The notes under the pieces: generated by a model
Told to the model about the DNA's origin: nothing
Databases searched by the model: none
The model's input: the letters and a program-made list of their open reading frames with translations, nothing else
Assembly (NCBI GenBank): GCA_023382875.1
Contig: JAHDXH010000003.1
Location: 7,608-71,607, forward strand
Reading direction: 5' to 3'
Length of the DNA stretch: 64,000 nt
Source: Patescibacteria group bacterium
GTDB taxonomy: Bacteria > Patescibacteriota > Microgenomatia > UBA1400 > PJMF01
Shown here: piece by piece, positions 56,669 through 64,000 of the stretch
Layout of the letters: every line of letters starts with the position of its first letter
Position numbering within the stretch: position 1 is the first letter of the stretch
Program-made: the position numbers and the translations under genes

Positions 56669-59065
56669 ATGTCAAATACTTTATACAATCATCAAGAAAT
56701 AGAGACTAAATGGCAAGAAGTTTGGGAAAATGACCATTTATTCCAAGATTCAGCCAAAATCAATCCCGCCAACAAGCTTTATTTATTGTTTGCCTTTGCT
56801 TATCCATCGGGCAGTGGTTTGCACGTTGGTCATGTAGAGAGTAAGACTGCTTTGGACATTTTGGCCAGATATCATCGTATGAATGGCAAGGATGTTTTCT
56901 TTCCTGTGGGTTGGGACGCTTTTGGTTTGCCTGCTGAAAATTATGCGATTAAAACTGGTACTCCTCCTGAAGTAACTACCAAAAATGCTATTGCCACTTT
57001 CGAAAGACAATTGAAGAGAATTGGCATCTCTTATGATTGGGATAATGAAATTGCTACCTGCGATCCGACTTATTACAAATGGACCCAGTGGATTTTCTTA
57101 GAATTGTTTAGTAAAGGCTTGGCTTATCAAGCCACGGGCAAAGTGAACTGGTGCCCTTCTTGTCAAACCGTTTTGGCCAATGAGCAGGTGGTTAATGGTC
57201 GTTGTGAGCGTTGTGATTCTGAAGTGATTCAAAAAGATATGAAGCAGTGGTTTTTCAAGATCACTGAATATAGAGATGAATTAATTAGCGGTTTAGACGA
57301 TGTTGACTGGCCAAATCCAACCAAACAACAACAAATCAACTGGATTGGTAAAAGTGAAGGTGTGGAAGTTGATTTTGCTTTGAAAAACTCTAATCGTCAG
57401 CTCAAGGTTTTCACTACCAGAGTTGATACCATTGCGGGCGTGACTTTCATGGTTATTTCTCCAGAAAAATTCGCTGAATTTAAATTGGTAGAAATCCAAC
57501 CAGAAGCAAATAAAAAAGCTTGTGAGGATTACTTGACTGCTTCAAGTAAAAAAACAGAAGAGGAAAGAAAAATTGGTGAAAAAAATAAAACTGGCGTTGA
57601 CACTGGTTTGTTTGTGACTAATCCAGTGACGGGCAAAGATGTGCCGGTTTGGATTGCTGATTATGTATTGGCTGGTTATGGTACGGGCGTGGTGATGGGT
57701 GTCCCAGCTCATGATCCAAGAGATAAAGCCTTTGCCAAAAAATTTGATTTGGAAATTATTCCTGTAATTGAATCAGAAGATGAAGTAGCTTACGGCACCT
57801 TAATCAATTCTGGAAAGTACACCGGTCTTTCTTCAAAAGAGGCGATGGAAAAAATTCCAGCTGACTTCACTGACATTATGAAAGTGACTCAAAATTATCG
57901 TTTGCGAGACTGGTTAATTTCTCGTCAACGCTATTGGGGTGCACCTATTCCAATTGTTTACGATCCAGAAGGTCAACCACATCCAGTTAAACAAGAGCAC
58001 TTGCCATGGTTGTTGCCCACGGACGTGGACTTCAAACCCACCGGTGAGTCACCGCTAAGATCTTCTGTCGAATTCAAAGAAAGAGTAGAGAAACTTTATG
58101 GTAAGGGTTGGACACCAGAGTACGACACCATGGATACTTTCGTAGATTCCAGTTGGTACTTTTTAAGATACGTAGACAGTAAAAACGAGTTGCAATTTGC
58201 GTCACCTGAACAACTAAAAAATTGGTTGCCAGTCGATTTTTATATGATTGGTCCAGAACATATTGTGTTGCACTTATTGTACTCAAGATTCTTTACTAAG
58301 TTTTTGCGTGATCAGGGCTACTTAAAATTTTCTGAGCCATTCATGAAGATGAGACATCAAGGTATGATCTTAGGTCCAGATGGTAGGAAAATGAGCAAGA
58401 GCAAAGGAAACGTGATTAATCCTGATGATGTGGTTGAGAAGTTCGGCGCTGATACTCTCCGGGTGTATGAAATGTTCATGGGTCCAATTGAAGCTGACAA
58501 GCCTTGGGATGAAAGGTCAGTAGTTGGAGTCCATCGTTTCTTAAGAAGAATTTTTGATTTAGTGATGACAGAGGACAATGAAGTGGAAATGCCTCGAGTT
58601 GTTTCTAAATTGCAAAAAACCATTCAAAAAGTTACAGCTGATACACCAGAGTTGAAATTTAATACTGCCATTGCTGCCATGATGGAAATGGTTAACGTTT
58701 GGGAAGAGCATGGAGGGGGCTTATCTAAAGCTCAAAAAGAGCAGTTTGTAAAACTATTAGCACCTTACGCTCCATTTATTGCAGAAGAAATGTGGCATAA
58801 AGTGAACAAAAATACCATTCATCAAAGCGAGTGGCCAAAAGCAGATGAAAGCTTAATCCAGCAAGATGAAATTATTTTGCCAATTCAGATCAATGGTAAG
58901 TTGCGCGGTGACTTAAGAATCTCACCTGCTGAGTTGTCGGCTCTAAGTAAAGAGCAAATTCAGACAATGGCTATGGCTCTGCCAAGTATTCAAAAGAGAT
59001 TGGAAGGGCAGGAGATCAAGAAGTTTATCTATATTCCTGGCAAAATTGCCAATCTTGTGATCTAG
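56669..59065 (+). CDS. leuS: Leucine--tRNA ligase
   Basis: 'YPSGSGLHVGH', 'GWDAFGLPAEN', 'DWLISRQRYWG', 'TMDTFVDSSWY' and 'KMSKSKGN'; likely start is ATG 56669. Confidence 0.97.
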   Translation: MSNTLYNHQEIETKWQEVWENDHLFQDSAKINPANKLYLLFAFAYPSGSGLHVGHVESKTALDILARYHRMNGKDVFFPVGWDAFGLPAENYAIKTGTPPEVTTKNAIATFERQLKRIGISYDWDNEIATCDPTYYKWTQWIFLELFSKGLAYQATGKVNWCPSCQTVLANEQVVNGRCERCDSEVIQKDMKQWFFKITEYRDELISGLDDVDWPNPTKQQQINWIGKSEGVEVDFALKNSNRQLKVFTTRVDTIAGVTFMVISPEKFAEFKLVEIQPEANKKACEDYLTASSKKTEEERKIGEKNKTGVDTGLFVTNPVTGKDVPVWIADYVLAGYGTGVVMGVPAHDPRDKAFAKKFDLEIIPVIESEDEVAYGTLINSGKYTGLSSKEAMEKIPADFTDIMKVTQNYRLRDWLISRQRYWGAPIPIVYDPEGQPHPVKQEHLPWLLPTDVDFKPTGESPLRSSVEFKERVEKLYGKGWTPEYDTMDTFVDSSWYFLRYVDSKNELQFASPEQLKNWLPVDFYMIGPEHIVLHLLYSRFFTKFLRDQGYLKFSEPFMKMRHQGMILGPDGRKMSKSKGNVINPDDVVEKFGADTLRVYEMFMGPIEADKPWDERSVVGVHRFLRRIFDLVMTEDNEVEMPRVVSKLQKTIQKVTADTPELKFNTAIAAMMEMVNVWEEHGGGLSKAQKEQFVKLLAPYAPFIAEEMWHKVNKNTIHQSEWPKADESLIQQDEIILPIQINGKLRGDLRISPAELSALSKEQIQTMAMALPSIQKRLEGQEIKKFIYIPGKIANLVI

Positions 59066-59086
59066 AGAAAAATAAAATCTGTTATG

Positions 59087-59116
59087 AAAAACCACTCAGA
59101 TGATGGGTGGTTTTTT
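59087..59116 (+). terminator. Intrinsic terminator after leuS
   Basis: AAAAACCACTCA-GATGA-TGGGTGGTTTTT. Confidence 0.8.
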
Positions 59117-59236
59117 AGTTTGTTTGCTGATTTATTTTCTTTTGTTGAGTGGAAATTTCCCTAACCCGAAACCCGAATGTGGAAAACTTTTTTACCAAGA
59201 AAGACTAGTGAAAGGTTGATTTGTTTTAATGCAAAC

Positions 59237-59878
59237 ATGTTTGAAAACGATAGACTTACTCAAGTAATTTCATTTATTACTTCTTTGCTTAAAAGGCCAT
59301 ATTTTCTTTTGAAAGTTGTTATTTTTGTCCTTGGTCTGCTGTCTATTGGTGCTGGAGGTTGGTTTAGTTTGGGAAAGGTAGGGAAGGCTCAGGCCACCCA
59401 AGTTTGTCCCATTTCTGATTCATCCTCTGGAGAAATTGATAGCCAGGAAGTGGCGTCAGCTTCAAACCTTACTTTAGATATCGGTGGTGCAGTTTTAAAG
59501 CCTGGTCTTTATGAATTGAAGTCAGGTTCTCGTTATGCTGATTTGATTGCAGCAGCGGGCGGATTGTCTAAACAAGTCTCAAAAGAGTTTGTGGCAAAAG
59601 AGCTTAATCTGTCTAAAGAATTAAAAGATCAAGAAAAGGTTTATTTGCCTTTTGAAGAAGAAGATATTAGGACGGTACAAACAATAGAAAGTAATTCCAG
59701 TTTAGTTTCAATTAACGAGGCTACTGCCGATGCACTCCAAACATTAAAAGGAGTGGGTGAGGTGACGGCACAAAAAATAATTTCGGGACGTCCATATAGC
59801 GAGCTTACACAGTTAGTAGCTAATAAAGTTTTGAGTGAAAAGCTTTTTGAAAGTTTACAATCGCAGTTGAAATTATAA
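59237..59878 (+). CDS. comEA: Competence DNA receptor ComEA
   Basis: TM, SLBB domain 'DIGGAVLKPGLY...AAGG', and HhH 'SINEAT...LKGVGEVTAQKII..RPY'. Confidence 0.9.
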   Translation: MFENDRLTQVISFITSLLKRPYFLLKVVIFVLGLLSIGAGGWFSLGKVGKAQATQVCPISDSSSGEIDSQEVASASNLTLDIGGAVLKPGLYELKSGSRYADLIAAAGGLSKQVSKEFVAKELNLSKELKDQEKVYLPFEEEDIRTVQTIESNSSLVSINEATADALQTLKGVGEVTAQKIISGRPYSELTQLVANKVLSEKLFESLQSQLKL

Positions 59879-60017
59879 AAGTTATTAGGACTTTACTATA
59901 AGACTTTTAATTTCAATATTTATGTTGAAAAGTTCAATAATAATTTGTTGCAAATTTATGCAAAATTAAGATTCGGGTATAAAAAACCGAAAAAATACTT
60001 AAGATCAAATATATTAT

Positions 60018-61337
60018 ATGTTTAAAAATAGGCCTAAACTCATATCAAAAAGATATATTTTGATCATAACAGTAATATTATTATTAACGCAAATAACAAG
60101 GATATATAATTTTTGGGTAAAATTGGTTAGAGGGGATGAATTTTTATTTAGCGTGATAGTTTCAGGCGGGAATGAAAAATGTCAGTTTAAGCTCAATAAT
60201 TGGCCGTTTTCTATTGAAAATTGTCATAAATATCAAACTGGATCAGAACTCAAGTTGATTGGCAGACTTAGTGCTAGCTCTGATAAACAACTTTTTAAAA
60301 CAAAAAAGCTTAATGTAAAGGTTATAAGTGTCAATAAAAATCCAATAACTTCGGTATTGGGTTGGATTAATGATATTGCTGGTCAAATGAGGGTAGGAAG
60401 AGATAGAGTCGTTGTGATGCTTATGGGATATATGCCTAATGCACCTTTGGCCTTGCTTATAGATATGCCATTTGGACAAATTGTCGATCTACCTGACCCA
60501 ATATATCATGATTTAAAAACTATTGGGATGTTGCATGTTGTGGCGGCGTCGGGATACAACGTGGGCTTAGTTGCCGGGCTAGCAGGAGCTTTAGCAGCCC
60601 GTTTTAGGCGTCCTCATTCGCTCGTTATCTGGTGGCTAGGAATGTTACTTTATTTATTTTTGTCAGACTTTTCGATTTCTATCTTGAGAGCTTATTTAAT
60701 GTTTATTTTGAAGAAAGCCGCTGAAAGCACGGGACGTATTTATCACAATTTTTTACTGTTAACAACGGCCGTATTTTTGTTTTTATTATTGAAACCGTGG
60801 CTTTTTCTCAATTTATCTTTTCAGTTGTCAGTGGGCGCCACATTGGGCTTAATATTATTTTCCGAAAAAATTAATCAACCTTTGTCGAATGTATTTAAAA
60901 CAATTAATTTTCACAATCAATTTACTAGCTCATACATCATCGAACCTTTGGCGACGGCTTTGGCAGCTCAGCTAATAACAACCCCAATTTTGCTTTGGCA
61001 TTTTGGAGAGGTAACAGCTTTTTCTTTTGTCGCTAATTTAGTACTGCTTTGGATGACGCCATTTTTAACTATTGGGGGTTTGATCTTGTTTACACTGGGA
61101 GCAGTTAGTTTGGTTTTACCATTTATGGAGAAATTTATTGCATTTTTTTCGATTTATATCTGGTTTTATGCAGATATTTTTATCAAATTAGCAGTAGCCA
61201 TGGCTCAAACCTTTTTGTTTGAAATAAAAATAAGACCAAATATATTGATAATTACGTCTTTTACCATGTCAATGTTTTTTAATATTTTTAGCCACAAACA
61301 AAATCATGCTCAAAAAGCTTTGTTTTCCCTTGGCTAG
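60018..61337 (+). CDS. comEC: ComEC/Rec2 competence channel domain
   Basis: 'GMLHVVAASGYNV', 'SILRAYLM', 'LSFQLS..AT.G', 'AQLITTP' and 'ANL'. Confidence 0.88.
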   Translation: MFKNRPKLISKRYILIITVILLLTQITRIYNFWVKLVRGDEFLFSVIVSGGNEKCQFKLNNWPFSIENCHKYQTGSELKLIGRLSASSDKQLFKTKKLNVKVISVNKNPITSVLGWINDIAGQMRVGRDRVVVMLMGYMPNAPLALLIDMPFGQIVDLPDPIYHDLKTIGMLHVVAASGYNVGLVAGLAGALAARFRRPHSLVIWWLGMLLYLFLSDFSISILRAYLMFILKKAAESTGRIYHNFLLLTTAVFLFLLLKPWLFLNLSFQLSVGATLGLILFSEKINQPLSNVFKTINFHNQFTSSYIIEPLATALAAQLITTPILLWHFGEVTAFSFVANLVLLWMTPFLTIGGLILFTLGAVSLVLPFMEKFIAFFSIYIWFYADIFIKLAVAMAQTFLFEIKIRPNILIITSFTMSMFFNIFSHKQNHAQKALFSLG

Positions 61338-62241
61338 TTTGGGAATATGCTGCTTATTTCTGACTATTTATTACTGGCAATTCGTAATTTCTGCACCAAA
61401 AGTCATTTTTTGTGATGTTGGACAAGGTGATGCAACCCTGATTATTGATGGTTTTTATCAAGTACTGGTTGATGGCGGACGTGACGAACGAGTTTTAGAT
61501 TGTTTGGAAAAATATTTGCCTGCCTGGGATAGAGAAATTGATCTGGTAATTGTTTCCCATGCTGATAGCGATCATATTGGAGGCTTTGAAATGGTTTTAA
61601 ATCGGTATTTTGTGAAAGAAATGTTGGTTTCTGAGTATGGCACTACCACGGGCGTTTTTAAGGGCTTTAGAAATGCTGTCTTGAGGGAGATTGAAGAGGG
61701 AATGACTCTCAATCTAGCTGTTGGGAATTCAAGTAAAAAAATTGGTAAAAACATCTCATTAAAAAACTACTTTACTCGAGTAAGGGGTTTTTCAAATAAC
61801 CCCTTCATGTCAGTAAAAACCGAAACAACATTATGGGATAAAATTAACGAGCAAAACCAGATCATTAAGGACAAAAAGTTAGATCTTAATGCCTTGTCCA
61901 TTGTAACTTTTTTACAGTTGAATAGCACAAAATTTCTCTTGATGGGAGATCTGGATGTGCTAAGAGAGCAAGCATTGGTTGAGCAAGGCTTGATAACTGA
62001 TGTTGATATCCTAAAAGTTGGGCATCATGGGTCAAAAACCAGTACTAGTGATACATTTTTGAAAGCCAGTGCACCCGAAATCGCAACCATCAGTGTGGGC
62101 TATAATAATAGTTATGGGCTACCTTCACCTCAAGTAGTGAACAAAATTAAACAATTTGGGATAAGGATTTTAAGGACTGATGAATCTGGTGACTTGGTAG
62201 TAGAGGTCAGTAAGAACAGTTATGCAACCAATCTCGACTAA
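61306..62241 (+). CDS. ComEC-type metallo-beta-lactamase-fold nuclease (separate ORF)
   Basis: 'DVGQGDA', 'VDGG', 'SHADSDHIGG', 'LMGD', 'KVGHHGS', 'SVG..NSYGLP' and 'RTD..G'. Confidence 0.9.
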   Translation: MLKKLCFPLASLGICCLFLTIYYWQFVISAPKVIFCDVGQGDATLIIDGFYQVLVDGGRDERVLDCLEKYLPAWDREIDLVIVSHADSDHIGGFEMVLNRYFVKEMLVSEYGTTTGVFKGFRNAVLREIEEGMTLNLAVGNSSKKIGKNISLKNYFTRVRGFSNNPFMSVKTETTLWDKINEQNQIIKDKKLDLNALSIVTFLQLNSTKFLLMGDLDVLREQALVEQGLITDVDILKVGHHGSKTSTSDTFLKASAPEIATISVGYNNSYGLPSPQVVNKIKQFGIRILRTDESGDLVVEVSKNSYATNLD

Positions 62242-62684
62242 TCGAGACATATTTTTTCTACTAGTTTAATTGACACTCGAGTTTATTTGAGAAGCTCAAG
62301 AAAAAGTGAGTGAATTTTTTTGAGTCAAGATAAATCTGGAATTATATTAAAAATATTCTATTTGCAGCAAGGTTTTGGTGTTGGCTTCTGGCATTAATGA
62401 CCGTGACTCTCTTCCAAAACATTTAGGCTCCGACTTTTTATGGAGATCAATAGCTTATTATGCGAATTTACTGATAATTTTATTTTGCTTTGTCTACCCG
62501 AAACTTGTCCAAATGTTATTTTTCTAAATACTGAATATTGAGTAAATAATTTACATCAAGTACTGTCCATTTGAATTGCATTTAATAAAGTTTTGGTGAG
62601 TAAAAAATATACTCAAAAAGTTTCGGCAAAAGTTAGGCAAACATCTGTTATAATTTTCCTAAATTCTGTATGATGATTTAAATT

Positions 62685-64000
62685 ATGAAAATTATTCCTG
62701 AGTTAGAAAAAGTTATTCAAATTGTATTGAATAAGATGGAGATAGGTGGAGGAGTGAATGTTTCTTTTGAGCACCCAGCCGATTCTCAGCATGGAGATTG
62801 GTCAACCAATATCGCACTGACCCTTTTTAAACAGCAAAATAAATTTTCATCGCCACGCGCGCTGGCTGATTCAATGAGCGAAGAGATAAAAAAATCATTG
62901 CCAAACTTTGTAAGCAAAGTAGAAGTTGCTGGTCCCGGGTTTATTAATTTTTACCTATCTGAACACTACTTAATGTCTGAAATGGTGGTTTTACTTGAAA
63001 ATAGAGCACAGCTTAAAGATCAACAAAATACCGGCAAAAAAGCCATTGTAGAGTTTTCATCACCCAACATTGCTAAGCCATTTACGATCGGTCATCTTCG
63101 TTCAAGTATTATTGGCTGGTCATTAGCTAATTTGCTCGAAGAAACAGGCTATGAGGTCTTTAGAGACAATCATCTTGGCGATTGGGGAACTCAATTTGGT
63201 AAGCAAATTTATGCTTTAAAGCATTTAGGTGGAGGAAGCTTAGAAAAAAATATCGAAAAGCTTTCTAAATCAGATAATCCTGTTAAGGATTTGGTGGCTT
63301 TATATGTTGAGTTTCATAAAGTTGCTGAAGAAAAACCAGAGATGGAGGATGAAGCAAGGGCTATTTTCAAGAAACTTGAAGATGGCGATGATGAGATGCG
63401 TCAACTTTGGCAAAAATGCATTGATTGGTCATTTGTTGAATTCAATCGAATTTATGATCTCCTGAATATTAGCTTTACTGAAAACAATGGCCGTGGTTAT
63501 GGAGAGTCTTACTTTGAAGATAAGATGGATGTGGTAGTTTCAGAGTTGGAGTCCAAAGCTAAAAATACCAAGGGAATCAGCTACGTAACTGGTAACAACG
63601 GAGCTAAGTTGGTCAATTTCTCAGAAGAGAGCAAATTACCTCCCCTAATGATCTTAAAATCAGATGGTGCTACGCTCTATGCCACCAGAGACTTGGCTAC
63701 TGATAAATGGCGTTTAAGCAAATATGGCTCAGATATATTGATTATTAATGAAGTTGGCGCTGAACAAAGTTTGTACTTTCAGCAAATTTATGCTTTAGAA
63801 AAAGCCTTAGGTTGGGTGAAAGACGGCCAAAGAGTTCACGTTGGTCATGGTATGTATCGTTTCAAAGAGGGTAAGATGTCAACGAGAAAAGGCAATGTTA
63901 TTTGGTTAGAAGACGTTCTTAATGAAGCCAAAAGTAAGGCAGCGGGTCTTGCTTCTGATAAAAAGGTATTGAGTGAGGAAGAGATAGAAAAAGTCGCTTT
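62685..64000 (+). CDS. argS: Arginine--tRNA ligase (3' truncated by window; not in ORF track)
   Basis: From ATG 62685: 'HGDWSTNIAL', 'AGPGFINF', 'EFSSPNIAKPFTIGHLRS', 'NHLGDWGTQFG', 'YATRDLA' and 'KMSTRKG'. Confidence 0.95.
   Translation, partial: MKIIPELEKVIQIVLNKMEIGGGVNVSFEHPADSQHGDWSTNIALTLFKQQNKFSSPRALADSMSEEIKKSLPNFVSKVEVAGPGFINFYLSEHYLMSEMVVLLENRAQLKDQQNTGKKAIVEFSSPNIAKPFTIGHLRSSIIGWSLANLLEETGYEVFRDNHLGDWGTQFGKQIYALKHLGGGSLEKNIEKLSKSDNPVKDLVALYVEFHKVAEEKPEMEDEARAIFKKLEDGDDEMRQLWQKCIDWSFVEFNRIYDLLNISFTENNGRGYGESYFEDKMDVVVSELESKAKNTKGISYVTGNNGAKLVNFSEESKLPPLMILKSDGATLYATRDLATDKWRLSKYGSDILIINEVGAEQSLYFQQIYALEKALGWVKDGQRVHVGHGMYRFKEGKMSTRKGNVIWLEDVLNEAKSKAAGLASDKKVLSEEEIEKVA

Noticed and set aside
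62242-62684. T-box or Arg leader peptide upstream of argS (and a Val equivalent for valS)
   Set aside because: I found no T-box consensus, Arg-rich uORF or terminator; valS has its -10 only 8 nt from the ATG, leaving no leader.

Overview
64 kb chromosomal window of an AT-rich, gene-dense bacterium using the standard code. Gene content points to Patescibacteria/CPR, probably Microgenomates (inference from DUF4012, an orphan VirD4-like ATPase, tandem type IV pilins, a PaaX-like repressor, split comEC and a giant surface protein). Housekeeping genes: jag (partial), rnhA, rplY, valS, fbaA, rpsA, radA, rho, obgE, leuS, comEA/comEC and argS (partial). Highlights: (1) a 16 kb gene whose 5335-aa product fuses a catalysis-less tyrosine-recombinase DNA-binding domain, through one TM helix, to a huge repetitive tail-fibre/adhesin-like ectodomain with an intramolecular-chaperone-like domain; it is divergent from a PaaX-like regulator and lies between pilins and a WxL/fimbria-like operon; (2) an unannotated Leu-rich leader peptide with a complete terminator/antiterminator attenuator upstream of leuS; (3) a tandem array of 3-4 zeta (CdCA1)-type carbonic-anhydrase-like genes; (4) frequent -10 boxes 6-9 nt upstream of ATG, implying leaderless mRNAs; (5) two structured intergenic regions that may encode ncRNAs. 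I saw no rRNA, tRNA, CRISPR array, IS element or prophage. All calls come from reading motifs by eye; no database search was run.
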